Shown here piece after piece: positions 11,598 to 21,410 of a stretch of DNA of 36,933 bases (position 1 is the first letter of the stretch; each line of letters begins with the position of its first letter). The translations under genes and the position numbers were made by a program. The stretch comes from Chiloscyllium plagiosum (taxonomy: Eukaryota). The stretch spans positions 4,913,346-4,950,278 of the forward strand of contig NC_057757.1 in the NCBI RefSeq assembly GCF_004010195.1. The letters are read 5' to 3'. Below the pieces are notes generated by a model that was not told the DNA's origin, searched no databases, and worked only from the letters and a program-made list of their open reading frames with translations.

Positions 11598-11829
11598 AAA
11601 TTTGAGGAGGAGGGTGGAGGCAAGAGATAACTCGTGGGCCAGGGCCGTAAGGCTCCCTCTGACGGCCAGGAGGAGGAATCATCGCCACTGTCAATGAATG
11701 CAGTTAAAATATCCCACGACGACAGGTTATGGTGCAACAGGTTTATTTGGATTTTAAACTTAAGTTTCATTTTTAAATCAATCGATACTATGTCCACTCC
11801 AAACAGTTTCCATTACTAATTGTCTTCTC

Positions 11830-14190
11830 TTTTTTTTTAATAGATATTTTTATTGGAAATTTAACATTTTTACAAGTTTACAAAAATAAAAAAAATCTCA
11901 AGTACAAACATTAATATTCAATTAAATCTTAAATAATAACCAAAATTTAACAAAAGAAAAATACTGAGAGAAAAAAAACAAAACTCAACTAACTACTAAT
12001 CTAACCTACAACTAACCAGAGTGTATAATTAAGTATCTTACATTATTCAAATAAGAGAAAGAAAAAAAAAACGGAATACACAGAAATTGGATAGTGAGAT
12101 ACATGCTCGGAATGTGTTAACATCAAATGTAACAAAACCCGTATTCGTGCGGGATTCCTCTCCCAAAGGGCCCCGGACCAGCCAGGTTCGCAATCTCAAT
12201 TAAATAAAAGCCCTTGTTAGGATAGCCGAAATATCTGTATTTATATAATTCAAGAAGGGCTGCCATATTTTATGAAATAATTCGATCTTTCGGTGCACCA
12301 TATTTGTAAGGAAGTCAGGGGGAATACATTCCATAATTAATCTGTGCCAATTTGAAAGTCCATGGGGGCCCTCAGCCACCCAGTTTACCAAAATATTTTT
12401 CCTTGCAAAGTAAGAGAGAATAGAAAATAATCTCTTCTCGTGCATATCGAGGGAGGGTAAGTTCGAAAAGCCTAAAAGGAGAGATACAGGGTTCACTTTA
12501 ATTTCTGTTCCTAAAATTTCTGTTAGGGTACTTGCTACTTTAGTCCAATACCTACAGATCTTATGATAGGTCCATAGGCAATGTACAAGAGTGCCCACCT
12601 CCATTTTACATTTGGGACACATTGGAGATGCTCCTGCCTTAAATTTTGCCAATCGATCCGGTGCTATATGGGCCCTGAGAAGTATCTTCAGCTGGATAGC
12701 CTGGGTTCTGTTACAGATGGTGATTCTTCTGGCATTTTCCCAAATGTTATTCCATGTTTCTATAGAGATTCCTAGTCCCAAATCCTGATCCCATAGTTTA
12801 AGCAGATTGTCCATTTCTCCTGATACTTCATCATGTAGTAAATGATAAATAGTACTGACAGAAGATACCCCCATTGGCCATAGCACTCTACATTCTCTGT
12901 CTGATTTATAAAGACTATCTAATAACGTAGTCTTCTTCTGTATGTAACCTCGAATTTGGAAGTATCGAAAGAGGTCTCCATTAGGTAACCCGAATTTCTG
13001 ACACAGCTGTTCAAAAGACATCAGGACCCCTTCTTTAAATAGATCCCCTAAACAGGAGATACCCCTGGATCTCCAGAGTTTGAATGTGGCATCTGCAAGC
13101 CCCGGTTGAAATCCCCTTGCTCCCACTATCGGAGCATAGGGGGATGTTTTATGTGAGTTGCCCTCATTTTGCCGCATTATACTCCAAGCTTTAATTGTGT
13201 TTAGTATTATAGGGTTTTTACAGTGATCCGCAATGATTTTCCTCTTGTCTGAAAATAAAAGTTTAATAAGTGGGCATTTTACTTGAGAAGCCTCGATGTC
13301 CAGCCAGATTGATTGTGGCTCAGACAAGACACAATCAGCTATGTAACTTAATAGGGAATTTAACTAATATTTCCTAAAATCTGGGAAATCCAATCCTCCC
13401 CTTGCCTGTGGCAGCTGTAGCTTCTTCAGGTTAATGAGGGGTCATCTATGATTCCAGATAAAGGAACCCAATCAGCCATATAATCTACGTAGTGCCAGCC
13501 TCGGCAGCATCACCGGAAGCATTCTCATAGGGTATAGGAGACGGGGCAGGACATTAATTTTAATTAGTGCTATTCTACCCAGCCAGGAAATTGGAAGGTC
13601 TCCCCATCGCTGGAGGTCCTGCCTTATCCTTTCCAGTAAATGCACAAATTTAGCCTTGTATAACTGGCCAAATACTGGGGTAATAAAAATGCCTAAATAT
13701 AAGAAACCCTCCAGGGACCACCGAAAGGGAAAGTGGGATCCGTACGATAGGTGGGATATACTCGCAAGGCCACCCATTGGCATAGCTTCCGATTTTGAGA
13801 AATTAATTTTATAGCCTGAGAATGCACTAAATATATTAATAACTTAGATTAAGTGAGGCATAGACATCAGGGGATTACTGAGGAATAGAAGAACATCATC
13901 TGCATAAAGGGTAATTTTATGTTTACCTGTACCAATCCTCGGGGCCGTTATATTAGGATCAGCCCATATAGCTTCTGCTAGTGGGTCAATTATTAGTGTA
14001 ATTAACAATGGTGAGAGAGGACATCCCTGACGGCAGCCCCTACCCACACTGAAGCTATCCGAACCTAATCCATTGGTAACCACAACTGCTTTGGGATCAT
14101 TATACAATGTTGAGACCCATTTGGTAAACACCTTTCCAACGCCAAACCTTTCCAATGTGTAAAACAGATGTGACCATTCAACCCTATCGA
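11830..14190 (-). mobile_element. Second L1-clade element (different subfamily), 3' half of ORF2 plus 3' UTR, running into the N-gap
   Basis: ORFs 13844-14155 (GCRQGCPLSP, LYADD), 13472-13783 and 12200-13327 (CPKC, ends LTRAFI*); T-run at ~11830. Confidence 0.92.
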
Positions 14191-14854
14191 ATGACTAATG
14201 AGACTANNNNNNNNNNNNNNNNNNNNNNNNNNNNNNNNNNNNNNNNNNNNNNNNNNNNNNNNNNNNNNNNNNNNNNNNNNNNNNNNNNNNNNNNNNNNNN
14301 NNNNNNNNNNNNNNNNNNNNNNNNNNNNNNNNNNNNNNNNNNNNNNNNNNNNNNNNNNNNNNNNNNNNNNNNNNNNNNNNNNNNNNNNNNNNNNNNNNNN
14401 NNNNNNNNNNNNNNNNNNNNNNNNNNNNNNNNNNNNNNNNNNNNNNNNNNNNNNNNNNNNNNNNNNNNNNNNNNNNNNNNNNNNNNNNNNNNNNNNNNNN
14501 NNNNNNNNNNNNNNNNNNNNNNNNNNNNNNNNNNNNNNNNNNNNNNNNNNNNNNNNNNNNNNNNNNNNNNNNNNNNNNNNNNNNNNNNNNNNNNNNNNNN
14601 NNNNNNNNNNNNNNNNNNNNNNNNNNNNNNNNNNNNNNNNNNNNNNNNNNNNNNNNNNNNNNNNNNNNNNNNNNNNNNNNNNNNNNNNNNNNNNNNNNNN
14701 NNNNNNTAGCGAAGGTGGAGACTGGAATCGAGGACTGCGCTGTTAATGTGTCAATATTTAACAGTTTCTTGATTCACTCCTGCACTTGAGCGTGTAGGCT
14801 GTAGGTGCAAGATGTAAATTTGAACCCATTTCAGTGGGCTTCTGGAGCTTCCAC

Positions 14855-14943
14855 AATCACCTGATGAAGGAGCGGCGCTCCGAAAGTTAGTGCTTCCAGT
14901 TAAATCTGTTGGATTATAACCTGGTGTTGTGTGATTTTTAACC
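14855..14943 (+). mobile_element. Short Penelope-type remnant with a minimal hammerhead motif (second family)
   Basis: cac-CTGATGA-aggagc-ggc-gctcc-GAAA-gtta-gtg: core boxes, stem II and a short stem I. Confidence 0.65.
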
Positions 14944-15100
14944 TCTGCTGTAAGCAGCAATGACCGGGGATATTGGAATCCAGTTCCAGGAGAGTCCTGG
15001 ATGGATCTGTTTCAGGGCAGGGAGAGCTCCCACTGTTGAAGGAAAGCCCTTCCTGTCTTTCTGCCTGACTGAGTCTGGTTTCCTTTCCTTTTTCGAACAG

Positions 15101-15255
15101 TATGATTGGGGCGCCCATCTCCATGAGGAAGCCCCCCTCCGTCCGAAAAGGGGACCGTGTCGATGGAACACATCGTGGAATCTCTGCCAAACATCAGCCA
15201 GTCCTGCATCCAGATGGCTGTTTCGTGGACCCTCAACTGCCCCCAGCCTGGAATG
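15101..15255 (+). pseudogene. ALOX12-like lipoxygenase penultimate exon, frameshifted
   Basis: Acceptor tttttcgaacag, donor ATG|gtgagg. Three frames give YDWGA / PISMRKPP / PSEKGTVSMEHIVESLPNISQSCIQMAVSWTLNCPQPGM, matching LOX DW-AWVPNAP-TMR-PPP..LP...Q.C.QMA..W.L...QP.M. Length is 155 nt, not a multiple of 3. Confidence 0.88.
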
Positions 15256-15659
15256 GTGAGGAGCTACCCAGTCAACTTGGAACCAAACAATCTGCATTTA
15301 CATAGCGCCTTCTATAATGTAAACAACCCAGGAGGGTCTAGCAAACAATGTTCGGCCTCGAGGCACATAAGGAGCCATTGGATCAGGGCCATTTAGTCAA
15401 AGAGGTCAGCTTGAAAAGGACAGGGAGAGGGTTTTGGGAAGAAATTCCAGAGCGTAGGGCCCAGGAAGCTGACATTATACATGAGAATATAACTGTATTT
15501 GAACAGAATCCCAGTCCACACTTAGAATCAACAGCTTTGTTAATCACATTCCATACAACTCACAGCCCAATATGTACTAGCTCCTGGTATTTATACAAAG
15601 AATTCACACATAATTATCCCAAAACAAATATCGCCATCAGCTGAGGGCTCTCGAGCTGC

Positions 15660-16950
15660 AGTGATATGTCATCTCTTTCCCCTTATTGCTTCTTTTAGTT
15701 GTCCTCTGCTGGTTTTTAAAGACTTCCACCACATTAGGCACGTTTTGTTTTGGTTTTATGCTGTTCCTGACTTCCCTTGTCAGCCACGCTCCCCTTGTCC
15801 TCCCCTTAGTACGTTTCTTCTTCTTGAATTACCCCAGAGCCATTGCTGCTCCACCATCTTCCCTGCCAGGTTCCCCTTCCAATCAACTCTGGCCAACTCC
15901 TCCCTCACGTCTTTATAGTCACCTTTACCCAGTTGTAATACCATCTGATTCCACTTTCTACCTCACAAACTGCAGCGTGAATTCTATCAGGATTATTGTC
16001 ACTGTCTTTGGGGCATTAATGTGGATTTCACCAGTTTCCTCATTTCCCCTCCCCCCCCCCACTTTACCCCAGTCTCCACCCTCCAACTTGGCACCGCCCT
16101 CTTGACCTGTCCATCATCTTTCCCATCTATCCGCTCCACTCTCCTCTCCGACCTATCACCTTCTCCCCTACCTACATCTACCTGCTGCATTCTCAGCTCC
16201 CTTCCCCCCAGCCCTACACCCCTCCCATTTATCTCTCAGCCCCGGCTCACAAGCCTCATTCCTAATGAAGAGCTTTTGCCAGAAGTGTCGATTCTCCTGC
16301 TCCTCGGATCTGCCTGACCTGCTGTGCTTTTCCAGCGCCACACACTCAACTCTGATCTCCAGCATCTGCAGTCCATTCTCCTAATAGCATCACTGCCCCC
16401 TAGAGGTTCCTTCACCACAAGCTCCCTAATCAAGTCTGCCTCATTACACATCATCATATACAGAACTGTGGCTTCTATCACAAGCTGCTCCAAAAAAGAC
16501 CATCCCATAGCCATTCCACAAATTCCTTTTCTTGGGTTGCACTGACTATCTCAGCCCACCTGCATAGTGAAGTCCCTCAAGATTATTGTAATCATGCTTT
16601 TCTCACAAGACTGGCCTTTCTCCCTAATTTATTTTCTTCCCCACATCCTGACTCCTGCCAGGAAGCCAATATGTAACTCCCATCAGGGTTTTTTAATCCT
16701 CTGCGATTCCTCAACTCTGCCCAGATAGATTATACTCCTTCCAATCGTGTATTGCTATCAATTTAACTTCATTTCTTACAAACAAGGCAAACCTCTGCCA
16801 TCTGTCTGACCTTTGAAAGGACACGTATCCCTGGATATTTAGTTCCCGGACCTGATCCCATTACAACCACGTCTCCATGATAACCACAACATCATATATG
16901 CCAAATTCAATCTATGCTACAAGCTCATTTACTTTGCTTCATAGACTGTA
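15660..16950 (-). mobile_element. Old CR1 LINE fragment (endonuclease region), interrupted by a Penelope-type fragment
   Basis: ORF 16236-16514 contains FLEQLVIEAT..DLIRELVVKEPLGGSD; heavily decayed. Confidence 0.65.
16010..16381 (+). mobile_element. Penelope-like element 3' end (ORF tail GINVDFTSF, C-rich UTR, degenerate hammerhead)
   Basis: ggcattaatgtggatttcaccagtttc, then a pyrimidine-rich UTR, cctaatgaagagcttttgccagaagtgtcgattc and the same terminal segment as 19850-19950. Confidence 0.7.
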
Positions 16951-16957
16951 TGCATGT

Positions 16958-17039
16958 GGCTCATTGGACTAGGGGTATGATTCTTGCTTTGGGTCTTCTA
17001 CTATGCAAGCTTGCGATAGATCAAATCCCGGTTGAGCCT
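16958..17039 (+). pseudogene. tRNA-Pro(TGG) pseudogene with an insertion after position 37 and a broken T-stem
   Basis: GGCTCATTGGACTAGGGGTATGATTCTTGCTTTGGG...TCAAATCCCGGTTGAGCC matches vertebrate tRNA-Pro at both ends; anticodon TGG at 16990-16992. Confidence 0.8.
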
Positions 17040-17089
17040 GTGTTTCCTAACTTGACTTGTGCAAAAATGCCTGATTAAGTTTGGTTCCA

Positions 17090-17367
17090 TCATGGTGGCT
17101 CAGTGGTTAGCACTACTGCCTTACAGCACCAGGGTCCCAGGTTCGATTCCAGCCTCAGGTGACTGTCTGTGTGGAGTTTGCACGTTCTCCCTGTGTTTGT
17201 GTGGGTTTCCTCCCCCAGTCCAAAGATATGCAGGTCAGGTGAATTGCCCATGCTAAATAATGTTAGTCAGAGGGAAATGGGTCTGGTTGGGTTACTCTTT
17301 GGAGCGTCGGTGTGGACTTGTTGGGCTGAAGGGCTTGTTTCCACACTGTACGGAATCTAATCTAATC
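17090..17367 (+). mobile_element. HE1-type (V-SINE) tRNA-derived SINE
   Basis: A box tggctcagtgg, B box ggttcgattcc, V-domain tgtgtggagtttgcacgttctcc, (aatct)n tail. Confidence 0.88.
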
Positions 17368-17686
17368 ACTTGTGGGCAACACTTTCAGTCCTGCGTAGAC
17401 TGCCTCCCTTTCCTTATCTGCTGTGCCTGAAGTTAGATTCCTGACCCTTTCTGTACTCTCTGTCCTATTACTTGTTCTGGAAACATTAATAACCTCTCCT
17501 GAGCCCTGCCCCACTTAAACCACATTAAAGTGGTGATTGCCTTGTTTGGCCTTTCCGCTAGGATCCTGATACACTGGGACTGTCACCTCATATCCCGTTG
17601 TGAACACCCAGCGCCTCCCACACCTCCCATTTCAAACGCAGCAGAGCTGCACCCAACTGAACAGAAACCATTCAATTGTCGCCCAG

Positions 17687-17863
17687 TGGAAACCTGGCAG
17701 CTACGGGGAATATTTCACCGAGGAGGCGATGAAGACCGTCATCGAGAAATCTCAGGAGGAGTTGAGGGTGATCAATCGCACGATCCAAGAGGGTAACGAG
17801 ACCCTGGATCTGGAATACCAATACCTCCAGCCCTCGAACATCAAGAACAGCATCACCATCTAA
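17687..17863 (+). pseudogene. ALOX12-like lipoxygenase last exon
   Basis: Acceptor gtcgcccag; WKPGSYGEYFTEE..YQYLQPSNIKNSITI* matches the LOX C-terminus (Y.YL.PS.IENS.TI) with changes at conserved sites. Confidence 0.88.
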
Positions 17864-18385
17864 TGGGCAGAGTGGCCTATATCCAGGACGAGTGTGTGGT
17901 CTTGATGACCATCTTGTGGGGGGTTCCATCATTTGGGGACAGGAGAGGAGTGGGGAGTGGCTCCAGTTTATTTTTGGTGTGGCCAAACGTGGTGTCCACT
18001 GGTGGATTTAAAATCCAAAAATATTAGGATTATTACATTGCAATCAGTGTTTTGGTGTCTTCCAAAGCTTCAGGGCAATGTCTCAATATCCTACACATTT
18101 CCAGGAGGTAACAGACAGAGTCATACTTAGCATTTCCAGCACAGGAAGAGGCCTTCGGGCCTTCAGGCCTGTTGTTTATGGTCTGTCAGACCCTCCTTAC
18201 ACCCCACTCTTCATCTGAACTCAGCAGCATAAATCCCAATTCCTTTTCCTACCTCCCTTTAGAAGCATTGATGCTATTTGCTCTGTGGTTGCGGCAACAT
18301 GTAGACTTTGGTTACGTAAAGTATGCCTATTGGTGAGTTTAACCTGAGGGTCACCATACCTCAGAGAAGGGGAGAGGTTGAGAAG

Positions 18386-18900
18386 GAGCATAGCGTTTGA
18401 TACAGAGTAAAGCTCTGTCTGCACTGTCCCCATCAAACACTCCCAGGACAGGGACAGCATTAGGTTAGCTTCAGAGTAAAGCTCCCTCTACACTGTCTGC
18501 CATTAAACATTCCCAGGACATGGACAGCACAGCGTTAGATGCAGAGTAATGCTCTGTCTACACTGTCCCCATCAAACATTCCCAGGACAGGGACAGCACG
18601 GGGTTAGATACTGAGTAAAGCTCTCTCTACACTGTCCCCCCCATTAAACACTCCTGGGGCAGGGAGTTAGATACAGAGTAAAGCTCTCTATGTATAATTA
18701 CAATATTTAAAAGACATTTAGGTAAGTACTGTACATGAATAAGAAATGTTCGGAACAGTGTGGGCCAGGAGCAGGACCAGGACAGGGACAGCACACAGTG
18801 TAAAGCTTCTCTACACTGTTCCCCATTTTACACTCCCACGACAGGGACAGCATGGGGTTAGATACAGAGTAAATCTCCATTTGCACTATTCTCATCAACA
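18386..18900. repeat. ~69-bp tandem repeat (ggttagatacagagtaaagctccctctacactgtccccatcaaacactcccaggacagggacagcac)
   Basis: About six full or partial copies, interrupted at ~18690-18770. Confidence 0.85.
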
Positions 18901-19179
18901 TTATGTTTGTAAAAGAGCTCTGTGTTTTCCTTTTCTCAGCTTTTTACATTTTGCCATATTTTCACAATTCATAGAACATTTAGATAAACATATTCAGAGG
19001 GTTTTTTTTGGAAATAGTTTTGATCTTTATTGACTTGACTCCAAGTTTTCCAAAGAGTTCTGTTAAAGACTACTCACCTTTCCCTGTCCAGGCAGATCCT
19101 GTGGCTCTGCTGATGCCTCCTGCAGTGTTGAATTAATTTAGCCTCTTGTTGAATGCCTTGGTCGTGTCCGCTCTACTTA

Positions 19180-19225
19180 TGCAGTTGCAACCCCTGATCA
19201 GCAGAGGGTAGCATTGTATCACTTT
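19180..19225 (+). promoter_or_regulatory. Third CTCF-like module
   Basis: TGCAGT-N12-TCAGCAGAGGGTAGCATTGTATCACTTT; 26/28 identical to site 1 over core plus tail. Confidence 0.5.
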
Positions 19226-19729
19226 CATCGGCAAGACAGTTTCGAGGAAGGAAAATTTACATTTTTTAAAAGTTCAATTACACTCGAAACCCCAGAGAAA
19301 AGATGCCCAAATGCAGCAGACAAATGCTTCTGAATCACTGTAGGCTTTACAACCCAAAAGATGGATCAATGACTGAAAATGTTTTACTCTTCGTTAATTT
19401 CCCCTTGCAAGTTAACATTCAAATTAGCTGGGTATGGGATAACGTACCTGTACAGGTAGATGAAGGGTATCTGCACAGGTGATTGAGGGGGAGTATGGGA
19501 TAATGTACCTGTACAGGTGAGTGAGGGGGAGCGTAGGATAATTTACTTGGAGGGTGATTGAGGGGGAGAATGGGATAATACACCTGCATAAGTGAGTGAG
19601 GGGAATAAAAGATAATTTACCTGTACAGGTGAGTGAGGGAGAGTACCAGGATAATCTACCTGTACAGGCGAATGAGGGGAGTACAGGATTATGTACCTGC
19701 ATCGGTGATTGAGGGGGAGTATGGAATAG

Positions 19730-19950
19730 CTGAAAATGTGTTGCTGGAAAAGCGCAGCAGGTCAGGCAGCATCCAAGGAGCAGGAGAATCGACGTTTCGG
19801 GCATGAGCCCTTCTCCAGGAATCCTGAAGAAGGGCTCATGCCCGAAACGTCGATTCTCCTGCTCCTTGGATGCTGCCTGACCTGCTGCGCTTTTCCAGCA
19901 ACACATTTTCAGCTCTGAATTCCAGCATCTGCAGTCCTCACTGTCTCCTC
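19730..19950. mobile_element. Palindromic Penelope-type mini-element with perfect 14-bp TSD
   Basis: Arms 19728-19820 and 19822-19914 differ by one mismatch; TSD GGAGTATGGAATAG at 19716-19729 and 19951-19964. Confidence 0.85.
19818..19857 (+). ncRNA. Minimal type-I hammerhead ribozyme
   Basis: GGAAUC-CUGAAGA-A-GGGC-UCAU-GCCC-GAAA-C-GUC-GAUUCU: stem I GGAAUC/GAUUCU, core boxes, stem II, palindromic ACGU stem III; predicted cut after C19851. Confidence 0.72.
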
Positions 19951-21044
19951 GGAGTATGGAATAGTACAGGTACAGGTGAGTGAGGGTGTGTGTAGGATAA
20001 TGTACATGTACAGATGAGTGAGGGGGAGTATGGAATAATGTACCTGTACAGGTGAGTAAGGGGCTGTGTAGGATAATGTACCTATACAGATGAGTGAGTG
20101 GGAGTATGACATAATGTACCTGTACAGGTGAATGAGGGGAGTACAGGATAATGTACCTGCATTGGTGATTGAGGGGGAGGATGGAATAGTACAGGTACAG
20201 GTGAGTGAGGAGGAGTGTAGGATAATGTACTTATACAGGCAAGTGGGGGGGTGTATGATAATGGACCTATACAGGTGATTGAGGTGCACTACAGGATAAT
20301 GTACCTATACAGGTGAGTGCAGGGAAGTATGGGATAATTATTTGTACAGTGAGTGGGTGTGTAGGATAATGTACCTGTACAAGCAAGTGAGGGGAAGTGT
20401 AGAATAATGTACCTCTACTGTTAAGTGTAGGGAAATACAGGATGATGTACCTGAAAGGATGAATGAGGGGGATACAGCATAATGTACCTGTACAGGTGAG
20501 TGCAGGGAAGTACAGGATAATGTATATGTACTGGTGAGTGAGTGGGTTTGTAGGATAATGTACCTGTACAGGTAACTGAAGGGGAGTGTAGAATAATGTA
20601 CCTCTACTGTTAAGTGTAGGGAGGTACAGGATGATGTACCTGAACAGGTGAGTGCAGGGAATTACAGGATAATGTACCTGGGTACTGAGGTACGTCCACA
20701 TGCCTAAGGTCCACCTGCCCAGCTTCTACACAGCTGATATCCCCAGGGTTGTCAGAGACAGTGTTTCCTGAGAGGATGAGACACTGACACATTCCTGCAG
20801 CTTCTTTTTAGCCAGCCAATTCAGCCTGAGGTAAACTTTCTTCCACTCCGGAGTCATCCGGATGTAACTGAAGAGTCAAAAGTTGCAACCACTGCCAGTG
20901 GCTGGGTGCTGCTTGAAGGGGAGGGTGAGAGTCTGAGGTTTCTGCACACTCGTTCCACTGATTACCCTTATCCTCCGCTGGGCCTGTCACAGATGGTCCA
21001 AATGGATGTTTCTACCTTTGTGAATGGTTCTTCTCCAGTTTGGA

Positions 21045-21210
21045 CCAATCTTGGGCAAGAGATTCCCTGGAGGTTTGCTTTGCCCTCCTAATGGAGCTCG
21101 GAGTACAGAGCCTGTTTTCGAGGCCTTGTGTCAGGCACATGGACAATGTGGCCTGCTCAGTGCAGCTCATTAACCCTGACCAGTGCCTCGATGCTGGGGA
21201 TGTAGGCCAG
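21045..21210 (-). mobile_element. RTE-clade LINE fragment
   Basis: Minus strand translates to IPSIEALV..L.*AGHIVHVPDTRPRKQALYSEL, typical of the RTE ORF C-terminal region. Confidence 0.65.
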
Positions 21211-21410
21211 AGAGAGGATCACACACAGAAACACACACAGGCATGCACAGAGTCAGACAGAAACAAGATGAGGCACATCCACAATGACACATATGCATAT
21301 ACTCACGTGCGCACACACACAAATGCAACACAGACACACATGTACATAAACTCTGATTCCTACTCTTACACACAAACATGCAGACACTGACACATACATT
21401 CTTTACATGG

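Larger units (their letters stand above)
19430..20682. repeat. ~37-bp minisatellite (ggataatgtacctgtacaggtgagtgagggggagtat)
   Basis: Many tandem copies, interrupted by the insertion at 19730-19950. Confidence 0.9.

Noticed and set aside
17600..17686. N-terminal part of ORF 17600-17863
   Set aside because: Upstream of the splice acceptor; intronic, with no lipoxygenase similarity.
19736..19918. Near-identical 60-aa peptides encoded on both strands
   Set aside because: Automatic consequence of the palindrome.
18386..20682. Regular repeats as a CRISPR-like array
   Set aside because: No unique spacers and no cas genes; eukaryotic minisatellites.
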